From: Lama glama
Taxonomy: Eukaryota
NCBI GenBank assembly: GCA_028534125.1
Contig: CM052817.1
Location: forward strand, 78,928,001 to 78,992,000
Reading direction: 5' to 3'
DNA: 64,000 nucleotides
Part shown: positions 24,421 to 36,503 of the stretch, one piece after another
Position numbering within the stretch: the first letter of the stretch is position 1
How the letters are laid out: each line of letters starts with the position of its first letter
Position numbers and translations under genes: made by a program
Notes under the pieces: generated by a model
Told to the model about the DNA's origin: nothing
Databases searched by the model: none
What the model saw: only the letters and a program-made list of their open reading frames with translations

Positions 24421-26039
24421 ATACCTTTTCAAAGCTGAGGTCCTAGAAATAGGACAGAATATGTGAAAATGCCCAAGGGGAAGTAGTGATCTAGTCCATC
24501 CAAAAGGGAGAGTCAAAAACAACCACAGCCGGAAACAAATCAGAATGTTGCTCTCCCAAGCCCAGCAATCTTACTTGCAGAAAGAAATGGCAAGAATTGC
24601 AGAAAAGAAGTTCATTGTCACATGGTCCCGTCCAGAAGTCACTGATTTGAAACCTGCGTGCCAGACAGGAAAAGTAATTTAAAAAAACATAAAATCAGTT
24701 ATTGGGGGAAAATACATTTAATTTCAAAAGAAATGAACTTAATATAGAACCATGCGTGGATGCCCTTTCACCTGGGTCACCTGCATCCCCCATAGTCACC
24801 CTCAGGGGCATGCTGTCCAGAAAGCTGCTTTTGTCAGAAACCCAACTTTATATTATGAGGACAAGCTATGTTTCACATTCTAAAACTCGCATATCTGAAA
24901 ACCTTTAGAAGCAGACCAGCCTGCCAGTACTTCTGATAGTCACGGGGCACTCATCAGAAACGTGTTGTACATCTTCCAGCAGACACAGAAGCTCCCGGCC
25001 CCTTTTCTCTTCAAAGCTATACCTTTATCAAAGCTGTTGTTAACTTCCTCTAATTACATTATAGGGGAAGCTTCAAGCATCTATTATTATCCTGTAATGG
25101 CTGTCTTTAGCTTTAGATGATCTCTCTTTTACTGAGAACACTAAGCCTCAGGCCCAGAGCAAACTGCAGCCAATCACAGAAGCAGCCAGTCAGAGACAAA
25201 AAGGGCTGAAGGGCACCCGTGGGACAGGAGGAAGGGAGTAAACAAAGCTACAGATCCACAAATTAAAAGGCTTTCTCTAAATAAAGGAACTCAGAGAAAG
25301 AAGAGAGGAAAACTAAGTAACTCAGGGTCGAAGAGAAATCCTGCAGGTTTTCTAACCCTTGGGCTTATCCAGCACATTTCCCCTGCTTCCCCAGAGCACA
25401 GTTTGAAAACCTTAGATCTAGGTGAACTCTCAAGGACCCCTCCTCATGCGTGATTTCAAGAGCAGAGAACATCCTTTGTATGTCAAATTTAGGAAGTTTT
25501 GTTACAGATTGAATATTCATGATCATGGTCTTTTTAGAAAAGTGTGCAGATCAAATCTCCTGTGAAGTGTGTTGCACTACTGTATGTCCTATAGAAAGTT
25601 TTTATGCAGGTCTCTTGCCTTATCATTCCCACAGGGGTGGTTCCTCCAAGGACCCCAACACAGAAGATTCTTATCCGAGGGAATGTAACAAAGGCCCAGG
25701 ATTTTTTTTTTTTAAACAAAGCACTCTTCACAAGCCACATAAGCCAAAGTCAGATTCTCCACAGTTCTAGGGCTGTTGGTGACTCCACATTTTAAAACTG
25801 CATTTGGTTCCACAGAGGATTCCTGATAAATATGTGTTATCCCTAGAAACCAATTACTGTTATCAAAATTTGCACCCAGGCAAAAGATCAGATGGGAAAG
25901 CTAGAAGGAACCCTATAGACATCATGCATTTCCCCTCGACAAATAGATTCAAAACTTTCATCACCAATTGAGTAACCTCAGGACAATCTACAAATATTCC
26001 CAGACCAAGAGTTCCAGGCCCTGATATTGATATAAATTC

Positions 26040-27390
26040 ATACTTGATAACTCCACCTGGACGTCCACCAGTACCTCAAATTCAACATGACCAAAACGGA
26101 CCCATCGTCTTCTTACCAAAACCCCTTCTTTCTTTGCCTCTGTCACAGATGGTAACCTCACCATCTACTTCATTTTCTAATCTAGATAATTCAGCAAATT
26201 ACTCCTTCCTTGTTAAGTCTAATCAGCTCAGCCTTCAAAGTCTCCCTCACTTCTGTGCTCCTCCTTGTCTGCATCCTCAGCCCTCAGCCCCTCACTATTG
26301 CAACAGCCATGAAACCAAGTGAGCTCCCAAAACTTCCTTCTGCCTCCTGCCACCCACGCTTATAGCAGCACAAAGACATCTTTTGGAAACACAGATCTGA
26401 TCACACCCCTTCCCTGCACTGAAACCTTGGCCAATTCCCATTTTCTTCAGGATGAAGACCAGGCTGGGCAAGCCCGTAAGAGCCCTAAACAAGCTGGTGT
26501 CAACCTGAATTTCCAGTCTCCTTCCCCAGAGCTCTGACACTACATGCCTTGTGCGTCACAGTTTGTTCCCCTTATGTGCCTCCGTTTTAGCATGCACCAT
26601 GATGTCTGTCTAAAGTGATCTCGCTCTTTACGGAGCAGATACCTACCTGTCTTTCAAAACCTGGCTCCTGCATCACTTTCCCTGAAAAAGCTTCCCTCCT
26701 CCCCCAGGCTACTAGCTGCTCCTTTTCTGTGCCACCATCATGCCCTCTACCTGCCTCTTGTGGGTTGATCTGTGTCCCCCCAAAATATATAGTCAAGTCC
26801 TAACTCCCATAACCTTGACCTTATAGGGAACTAGGGTCTTTGCAGATGTAATGGAGTGGAGATGAGGTCATACTGGATTAAGGGGAACTGTCATCCAATG
26901 GTTAGTGTCCTTATAAGAAAAAGGAAATTTAGACACACACAGGGATGAATGCTGTGTGAAACAGAGATATAGATTGAAATGATGCATCTCCAAGCCAAGG
27001 AACCCCAAAGACTGCTGGCAAGAACCAGAAGCTAGGAGAGGCATGAAAGAGTTTCTCCCTCAGACCCTCCAGAAGGAACTAAGCCAGCTGACTCCTTGAT
27101 TTTGGACTTCTGGCCTCCAGAACCGAAAAAGAATCCATTTCTGTTGTTTCAAGCCACCAGTTTGTGGTACTTTGTGAAGGAAGCCAAGGAAACAAATGCC
27201 TGCCTAACCTTAGCTCTCTTTACCCTGAATCAGAGCTCTATGCTTTATACCAGTCTCTCCCTCTAGACCCCAAAGTCCTGCACAGAAGGTATGTAACTTG
27301 TCTGTGTACCTTACCCCTGTTTCCATCCCTTCCCCTTCCAGTTCACAGTGCACAGTTCCTGGCAACTGGAAGGCATCAAAAAACACGGAA
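26040..27390 (+). mobile_element. L2 relic interrupted by an MLT1C-like LTR
   Basis: tacctcaaattcaacatgaccaaaac; aaacacagatctgatcacacccc; 3' end cacagtgcacagttcctggc. Confidence 0.7.
26759..27199 (+). mobile_element. MaLR solo LTR (MLT1C-like)
   Basis: tgtgggttga...gtccccccaaaa; agggtctttgcagatgtaat; ccagaagctaggagaggcatg; gattttggacttctggcctccagaac; ccaccagtttgtggtactttgt. Confidence 0.9.
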
Positions 27391-29861
27391 TCAAGGAAAA
27401 GAAAGGAAAGTTAGGAGAGACACTGAGAAAAAGCATTGTCATCATGGTAAGTGCACTGAAGAAAATGACATAACTTATCATTCCATCAAATGCTTTCCAT
27501 TGTCATCACTAACATTTTTTCTCTAGGAAATAGTTGATTTTAATGCCTATCCATATGGAGGGCCAGCCTGTCTAGATGGTTAATGAAAACTGATGCTAAT
27601 GTCTGGGGTCCAACCTGCAGGCATGATTTCTTTCGTCTTCATAGTATTTGACCCACCAAATTCTTTAAAACCTTTCATTAGTTGATAACCTTCAAAATCA
27701 TACATTAAATCCAAAGTTGGGGTTTCTCTAGCAAAATATTATTGTCAAATAATGGGCCCTCATTCCCATGTGTCCACAGCTGCCAGCCTTCAAGCAGTGG
27801 TGTCCCCTCAGGTGACAGGCACCCTCTCCTCTTCACCACAGATCTCAACATACTGTCACTTCTTTTTCTAGATTATTTTACTTATTTATGTTATCTACCA
27901 AGGGTCTCCAACCCACAAACTCCCATAGGAATGAAAATGATTAATACGTTCCCAATATTTTTAAAGAAGTTATATTCTCAAATATTATTCATATTTTCCA
28001 ATACTACTTATACAGAAAATGCAAGCATGAGTGTGCACATTAACATAAATCCCCCCTGTTGTTATCCAGTCAATTCAGACTGAGATTCTCATTAATGAAA
28101 CTTTCATATCATCATTTAAAACCCAGAGGATGTGACCCTTCAGCCTTCCTCTCTTAATCTTCAGAGCAGCTGCCCGTCACTTTGAGGCAGAGGAAAGGGC
28201 ACAGATAGATAGTAACTTTGCTATTTTTGTAGCCTAAATGGCTGCAAACTTGGGTTCACAATAAAAGACCTTGTATTTATTTTATCATTTTGAAAGTAAG
28301 TTCAGTAAGAAAAATGGGCAACCCTAAAATGCCCATCACAGCATTAGCTCACAGACACCACAGAAAAAGTCTCAGCTAAAATTTACTTGCACTTTACTTG
28401 ATTCTTCCTTCTTTCATCATTTCATTATCCTCTGGAGAAATTAGAAACAGGACTAAAGGCTCGGGTCAAAAATTAAGGGAAAGAGAAATCTTCAGATAGA
28501 AAAGAAAAAACACACACCTCTAGTTTTAGTTTCTGAAAGGTACAATATTTTTTTCAGGAACTGAACAGCATTGGTTTTGTCAATTTAAGATTTTCTGTGT
28601 TGAAACATTACCCTCCCGCAAATGTGCATTATCAATGAACAGTTTCCTCTTCACTTGTCCTTTTTTAATGAGCTTCTGTGGAAGAAAAGGTCCCCTGAAA
28701 AATCATCCTGGGACTAATCTGATCCTGAGGGGACAACCTTGGGAATCAGGATCTCAAAATCCCTTCCTAACACGTGTGGCTTCTCTAAAGAGTGCTCTCT
28801 GAGTTATCGGAAATGACTCTCACTGGGGTGTTAGCCATGGAATCTCAGCTTATTTGCACTGAATTATTGATATTACTTTGTGGCCATCTTTGACATTTCC
28901 ATTTCTTCAGAGAAAAATAGAGTAATTGGGAAATGGGTGAATCACAAGAAGGAGCAAATAGAGGTTTTCAAAGTTTGCTTCTCAAATGTTTTGACAAAGG
29001 ATCATTTACATGTGCCATTCTTGATCTGAGTCCTAAGTCCTTCCTAATTTATCCAGTTCTAATCTTTTGTAAGTACTATTTTCATTGGTGTGCTGATGCA
29101 CTAAATGAAGGCAAGGGAGTGACTGCTTTATAAGACTTTCAAAGATTATTCTCCCATTAGATGTGACATTGCACTAAAAACAGTCTCTGTTTATCAAGTT
29201 CCCAAAACTGAAATACTTAATGTAGGTTAAATCTACGATTCCCAGTCAAGGGAATGGGAATAAAGAAAAAAGAAGCCAACAGAAAAACAAAGAAAAGAAA
29301 AGCCCAACCCAAATTACTGAAAAGCTTCCTAAGAATAATTGAATCTCAAGACATGGAGCAGTTACATGAAAGGAGCCCAGTTAGAGCATGCGCACAGAGG
29401 CCCGGGTGCCAGAGCCGGAAAGCAGGCCACAGGTGGGGTGTGTGCAGTGCTGCATGCTTCTGGTTTTCTTCAGTTTGTATAAACAATAAAGGATTTTAGG
29501 CTATCTATATGACCATTCCTCTCAGAGACTGAGGAAGAGGTAGGTGGAGGATGGATAGAGTAATTTCCCACTCTCAGAGAACTTACTCCATAGGTCAGTT
29601 CAAATCAGGTCCCCTTTGGAATCAGTCCGAACAGAACTCGGTCATGGTCTGAAAGTGAGCAAGAGGAGTATCATGGGGCATGGGTCCAGGGGTGTCAGGG
29701 TTGAAAGATGTAGTCTGTGATCTAAGACAGAGTGAGGAGTATTTGGCAAGAACAGGCAGGCTGAGGGGAGCACATGTCAGACACATGGCCAAGATTTGTC
29801 AGTAAAAGCCTGCTAGTCACCAGAGGGAACAGGTAGGGGAAGCAGAGAAGCAGAGACGAAA

Positions 29862-29911
29862 ACACACACGGACACACACACACACACTCCCACACCCACA
29901 CCCACACCCAC
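29862..29911. repeat. (CA)n/(CACACC)n compound microsatellite
   Basis: Directly visible. Confidence 0.85.
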
Positions 29912-30639
29912 AAAGGGCAGAGGCCAGAGGCCGGGTGAGCTGAAAGCAGGAATGCTCCAAAAATAGCACTTCCGTCTAAGAAACCGTAAGACTTCCTTGA
30001 CAATTTGTAGGATCTGCCATTCTGAGGAGCTACTGACCTTGAATGAGAATTTTCAGAGTCCTTGTAAAAAAGATGTATATGCTTAAGGAATTCAACATTA
30101 GGGAAAATTCTGTATAAATTCCTTGATTCATCCATCAATACTAATTAATGCCAGCACCAAACTACTTGATTATTGCAGCCTTATAGGACATCTTATTATT
30201 AATAGTGTCCTCATTATTCTTCTATTTCTTGAATTTCTTGGATATTTTCATTCATCTTGTCAAAGATATTTAAACTAAATGAAGGCTGGAGGGAGACTCC
30301 GTTATAAGCCTTTTAGAAATCATTCTCCCAATTAGAAACAGGAGTCTGGGTCAACTTTCCCCCACAAATTTTTTGGGGGGATTTTACTTAGAATAGCATT
30401 TAACTTACCAACTAACCTGGGAGGAACCGACACATTCAAATAGTCTTTAATTTAAATTTTATTTCATGTCTTTCACTGAAGTGTTGCTGGTTTTTTCTGT
30501 AATTCTTACTAAAGTTGTTTCTCGGTGTTTAATTAATATTGCTTTTCTGAATAGAATCAATTTTTTTCATTTTACTTTCTAATTGGTGTTTAGCAAGTTT
30601 AAGTGAAAACAATTGATTCTTTTTCATTTATTTTTTCTT

Positions 30640-31760
30640 AACTTTTGACCCCCCATTTCTCCCACCTTCCAACCTATACCTCTGTCAACCACCAATCTGT
30701 TTTCTGTATCTATGACCTTCTTTGGGTTTTGTTTTGTTTTGTTTTTTAAGATTCAGAAATCATTCATTCAGTATTTGTCTTTCTGTATCTGACTTATTTC
30801 ACTAAGTATAATGCCCTCAAGGTCCATTGATGTTGTCAAATGGCAAGATTTCATTCTTGTTTGTGGATAAATAATATTCCATCATATACATATAATATAT
30901 ATATTATATATATCCCCCAATCTTCTTTGTCCATTCATCCATCGATATGCACTTATATTGTTTTCCTATCTTGACTACTGTAAATAATGTTGCAATGACC
31001 ATGGGAGTGAATATATCTTTCTGAGTTAGTGTTTTTGTTTTCTTTGGATAAATATCCAGAAGTGAAATTGCTCAATTATATGGTAGTTCTATTTTTTAAT
31101 TTTTTGCAGAAACCCCATACTGTTTTTCATAGTGGCTGTACCAGTTTTAAACCCCACCAACAGTGCACAAAGAAGAAGTCCCTTTTTTCCACATCCGTGC
31201 CAAAATTGTTTATTTCTAGGCTTTTTGATAATAGCCATTCTAACAAGTGAGAGATGGTATCTCACTGTGGTTTTGATTTGCATTTCCCTGATAATTAATA
31301 ATGTTGAATGTCTTTTTATATACTTGTCTTCTTTGGGAAAAAAAATGTCTAGTTAGATCTTCTACCCATTTTTAAATTGGATTGTTGGAGGAGCTTTTTG
31401 TTTGTTTTTGGTGTTGGAAAAACTAGACAGCCACATTCAAAAGAAAGAAAATAGACCACTATATTACACAAAAAATTAACTTAAAATGAATTGAAGACTT
31501 GAATGTAAGACCTGAAACCTAAAAACTCCTAGAACATAGGTGGTAACACCATTTGTTTGCTACTGAGTTGTATAAGTTCTTTAGACATTTTGAATAATAG
31601 CGCCGTATCAGATAAATGATTTGCAAATATTTTCTTCCATTCAGTAGGTTGTCTTCTCATTTTGTTGATGGTTCCCTTTTTGTGTGCCAAACCTTGTTAT
31701 AATAATGTGGTCCTACTTATTTACTTTTGTTTTATGTTGTATTGTGTTTTTATGTGTTTT
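30640..31760 (-). mobile_element. 5'-truncated L1 3' region containing an opposite-orientation L1 piece (31410-31550)
   Basis: Antisense ORF2 C-terminus (MQIKTTVRYHLSLVRMAII, 31089-31283) and 3'UTR. Confidence 0.85.
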
Positions 31761-31766
31761 GCACAT

Positions 31767-32368
31767 TGTAAGGTTTCTAAATCTTGAATGCGGGGGGCCA
31801 CTCATGACCTGAGGACTGCCGAGCACAGAGGTTGGGCCTAAACTCCCACAGTGCAGGGCGTCAGGCTCTGAGGTTGATCTCTCAAGGACAATCTCTGTCC
31901 CGCCACCCCTTTGAGGAATGTGCCAGATGCATTAAGGCCTGAAGGAACATCCTGAGCTATCAAGTCACTAAGGACCTTTGGAAGGANNNNNNNNNNNNNN
32001 NNNNNNNNNNNNNNNNNNNNNNNNNNNNNNNNNNNNNNNNNNNNNNNNNNNNNNNNNNNNNNNNNNNNNNNNNNNNNNNNNNNNNNTGGGAACTGTAAAC
32101 AATAATGATGTCTGTAACAATATACAAGTTAATGATTTTAGTACACGTTGTTAATGTGCCTTAAAACAATACCTTTGCCTACATGCAGGAATGTATGAGC
32201 TAATGGGTTAAAATCATATAAATTAACTTCAAGAAATAAACTCGTCGTCCACTCTGGACCTAGCGTCTTGCGGGCTAGAGTGAGACCCCACCTTTTAGTC
32301 TTGTCTTTCTTTCTCAGTTCTGCAGCACAGGTTTTCTGGACCTGATCGATTGTCGGCAGGCTCCGACA
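31767..32368 (+). mobile_element. Young ERV LTR (betaretrovirus/ERVK-like architecture) spanning an assembly gap
   Basis: TG...CA termini (tgtaagg...ctccgaca); TATAAA at 32217-32222 followed closely by AATAAA at 32235-32240; many intact CpGs relative to flanks. Confidence 0.7.
31987..32086. other. Assembly gap (100 N; true size probably unknown)
   Basis: Run of exactly 100 N. Confidence 1.
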
Positions 32369-33749
32369 CTTGAAAATAAAGGTGCTCTGTAATAGTCACA
32401 CAAAAAGCTGAATGCAGAAAGTAAATGACTATTTTTAAAGTTGGTGATGAGTTCCAGCTTAAAAATGCATATAAACACATACATATATATATTACATATA
32501 CAAAGTGCAGTTTTTATTTTAAATTGAAGAAATAAAGAATAAAGCAAATAGGGAGTCCTGGAAAATATACTGACAACATGTGGAAAAATCCCAGATATAC
32601 AAGTATAAAGTACATCTAAATCATTTTCTATCTCCTCTAAGCTGTGTTATCTTCTCTCCCACACTCCAAATTTTCTTTTCTATTTAGTTTTTGAAATTGA
32701 AAAATCTTCAAACTAAAAGCTTGCAATTAATTCACTTACATTTAAGTCATCAAAATATGTTTCATGAAAACTTTTTGATACCTAGAACTTTTTTAATCAT
32801 AAATGTTTTAAGAACTTCCTCACCTCATTTCCTTTCCCTAGAGAAAGAATGACAAACTTCAAAAGGTTCAGACTTCATTTGAAGTAAAAAAAAAAAAAAT
32901 CAAAGTTCAGAAGTTGCCTCACTTTGGGGAAAGGTTATTCTTCATTCCTCAGTGGAATGGCCAGAATGTTTGAACATGCACCTGTGGAGAGTTTTTTAAG
33001 ACTTTTCACACAGGGCAGGACACCTTTTCTGTCTTGAAAGGTGGTCTGTGATCTCCTGAAGGGGCTCAGACTTACTGTCTCTGCTTTGCACTGGTGGTCT
33101 GTGGCTCTCTCCACTACGTCAGCCCTGGTGACTCCAACGAGGAGCAGGGAGGGAGGGAGGCTGCATCCTGTGGAGTCCCTGCAAGATCCCAAAGAAGTCC
33201 CTGCAGACCCCCTGCTTTTAGTCTCCGCCAGAGCAGGACACATGGGACTATGAGGGAGGCACACGAAATACTTTACCAGAGGACCCTGCCCCTCAGAGAA
33301 GCAAAATCACAGGGCTAGGGTGAAAGGAGGGTTACAGTTTTACTTAACTTAGTATTTCCTTTACGGCAGGCAAAGACTCAGAGAGGGGATCCCAGGTGGC
33401 TGTTCTCTCCCTTTCCAACCCCCGTCTCTTCCCCTCCTCCCTTTAATTTCCTTTCCCTTCCACACAGCCCATTTTTTCAAGTCCTTTGGCCAATCCTCTA
33501 TCTGGGAAGACCCTCAACTCACCAGAGAAAGAAGTTCTGCTCTCATCCTTTACCTCAGACCCTCCCTGAACCTTGAAACATTATCCTGTTAGGCGTTTGG
33601 ATGCCATGCAGTTTCTCCTTTTTTTCACTGATGACCTGTTTCCTTAGCTGAAAGTGAAATGGTTTTTCAACCAGCAAAGAGAACTTCATTTGGTTTCCTC
33701 ACTAGCAAGTTCATCTGCCATCATGAGGAGAATAATTTGGAGAATCATT

Positions 33750-34878
33750 TGGACTATGTTTGGAGACGAGGTCTTCACAGAAGTAATCAAGTTAACATGA
33801 GGTCATAAAGGTGCCCCTAATCCAATTTGACCAGTGTCTTTATGTTTTTTTATATATTTTTTTAAATTGAAGTATAGTCGATTTACAAAGTTATGTTTCT
33901 GGTGAATATCATAATGATTCAGCTTATGTGTGTGTGTATATACACACACACACACATACACACATATAGGTACATAATACAGTTCTCTGTGCTATACAAT
34001 AGAACCTTGTTGGTTATCTATTTTATATATATAATAGTTGGTATCTGCAAATCTCGAACTTCCAATTTATCCCTTCCTACCTCCTTCCCTCTCCTTCCAA
34101 CCATAAGTTTGTTTTCTACATCTGTAAGTCTGTTTCTGTTTTATAAATAAGTTCATTTGTCTTTTTTTAGATTCCACATGTAAGTGGTATCATGTGGTAT
34201 TTTTCTTTCTCTTTCTGGCTTACTTCACTTAGAATGACATTCTATAGGCCCATCCATGTTGCTGCAAATGGCATTATTTTATCATTTTTATGGCTGAGTA
34301 GTATTCCATTCTATAAATATACCACTTCTTTATCCAGTCATCTGTCGATGGACATTTAGGTTGTTTCCATGTCTTGGCTATTGTAAATAGTGCTGCTATG
34401 AACATTGGGGTGCTTGTGTCTTTTCGAATTAGAGTGCCCTCCAGATAATATGCCCAGGAGGGGATTGCTGGATCATATGGTAAGCCTATTTTTAGTTTTT
34501 TAAGGAATCTTCAAACTGTTTTCCATAATGGCAGCACCAAACTACATTTCCACCAGCAGTGTAGGAGGGTTCCCTTTTCTCCACACCCTGGTGTCTTTAT
34601 AAAAGGGAACATTTAGACACAGAGACATGTGCACAGGGAGAATGTCATGTGAAGATACCAGGGAGCTATATCTACAAGACAAGGAGTAACAAAGATTGTC
34701 AACAAACCACCAGAAGGTGAGAGAGAGGCACAGAACAGGGTTCCTCACCACCCTCAGAAGGAACCAACCTTGGCAATACCTTGATTTCAGACCTTAAGCC
34801 TCAGAACCGTGAGACAATAAGGTTCCGTTGCTTAAGCCACCCAGCTTGTGGTTCTCTGTTACAGTAGCCCTCGCACAG
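33750..34878 (+). mobile_element. MaLR LTR (MLT1B/C-like) split by an L1
   Basis: aggtcttcacagaagtaatcaagttaacatgaggtcat...ccctaatccaat, resuming at 34601 (aaaagggaacatttagacacagag...agaaggaaccaacc...taagccacccagcttgtgg). Confidence 0.85.
33844..34590 (-). mobile_element. Truncated lineage-specific L1 3' end with 10-bp TSD
   Basis: TSD gtgtctttat at 33834-33843 and 34591-34600; T-rich tail then ttgaagtatagtcgatttac. Confidence 0.9.
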
Positions 34879-36380
34879 CACTCCAGCCAAGGAGAGCGGT
34901 CATTCTTTCCCAGAGGCAGCACAGTCGACCTCTGTCTGCTCTGTTAGTTAGCCTGTTCCTGCCCGTGAGCCTTTAAAGCCTCCGTGGGCCTGGCTTAAGA
35001 GAGTGGAGCCTGCACACCATCTGCAAAGAGTTGCTGTGCTGTCCGAGAAGGGAGGGGCCAGCTCTGAGTTTTCCCTCCAAGCTCCTTTCATGCCATCAGC
35101 AGCTGGACTCAGTGTGCCAACCCGCTCAGGTCCCCCACCCCCAGCTCTGCCGGGGAGCGGGGCACACGGTCTCTCCACTCCAGACCCACCCTTGCCCTTG
35201 TCTTCCACCTCCCAGCAAGCAGTATTCTCTCAACTCGGGCAAAGTCTCCCTTTTGTGTTCTTGGCCAGGAGATTGTGTCTGCGTCTGAGATTCCTCTCCC
35301 ACAGTGGGGTTTAGGCTTCGGGGAAGAGCAGTTGTGGAAGATTGTGTTTGACTCCAGCTTTCCTCCCCGCCATAGCCCTCCTCCAACTCTGAACACAGAG
35401 CCAGCTAGCACTGGAACACAGAAAATCAAAAGACTAATGGAGAAAATGGGTGAAACCTTAAAATAGGACCTCACCATTCAAAAAAATTACAGTAAGCTGT
35501 GATGAACGCTGCGATTAGAAATACAGCCACGGGAGGGTAAAATGGGGACATAACACATGCCAGGCTAGGGGTCGGAAGGCCCCCCAAAGGACCACCTTCA
35601 GCCAAGATGACTGGCCCTGTTATACACAAGCCACAGAGGCAGTAAGTAAGAAATGGCATCTTGTGAGGATGGCCAGAGACTGATCCCACGGCAGCCACCA
35701 CTGCCATTTCGATAACTTTTCCATTAGATTCCCACCAGGACACAAAGATGTTCCCTCCAGCCCCTGGAGCATGACATTCAGTTTGTGTGCTCTCAAGTTT
35801 CCTTATGGTAGCTGTGTTGATGAGAAGTGGATATCGTGTGGTAACAACAGTGCAGAGAGAAAACCTACTTTTTTCCTGTCTGTTCTCCTCTCCCTTCCAA
35901 ATCATATCCATTTATTTGCTCTTCCTCCACCTGCCCTCCCAGCCTGCCTTCTTTAACTTCTCTCCCCAGTCTCTCACCATTCATTTATCTTGCCTGGATC
36001 TCAGCTGTACACTTCAGTCTTTTTCATCCCCTCAGCCATCTCCACCCAGCTTGGTGAGGAAATAATCTCAGGAGGAAAAGAGACCTGCCTCCCACACACA
36101 ATGTTCCAAAGCAATGTAGGTCCTAAAGGGAAATTTGAAGTGTTGGAGCCATCTGGAACTATCAAAGGTACATAAAATTAGCTACAAAAACTGTGAAACA
36201 TAAGGAGGGTTCTGTCTGCTCTAGGATTGTGTAAACATCTCAATATTTTTTAAAATGCATAATGAAACAAAAACTGTGTATGCTGTCTCTGGGAGAGACC
36301 TACCGTTGCCATGTCCAAAGACCCGCTCCTTCTTCCCCGAGTCTTTTTATTTACACTAGACTGTGTCCATCCTCATAAAA

Positions 36381-36503
36381 CAGTGGTTCCCCAAGTGGGT
36401 TGCTCAAGGACTCCCAGTCCCCAGCCAAGAAGCACGGAACCTAAATTTTTGTATTTAAGCATCTCTCACAATTTTGAGTAGTGTTCAGGTTAATGAACCA
36501 CTG
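36381..36503. mobile_element. MER5A-like hAT MITE
   Basis: TIRs cagtggttc / gaaccactg. Confidence 0.65.

Noticed and set aside
32858..32912. A-run flanked by caaaaggttcaga/caaagttcaga as a tiny retro-insertion
   Set aside because: The TSD is imperfect and there is no identifiable insert.
34948..35477. Cluster of overlapping ORFs in a GC-richer patch
   Set aside because: Open frames on both strands reflect local GC content; no recognisable protein, and too few CpGs for an island.
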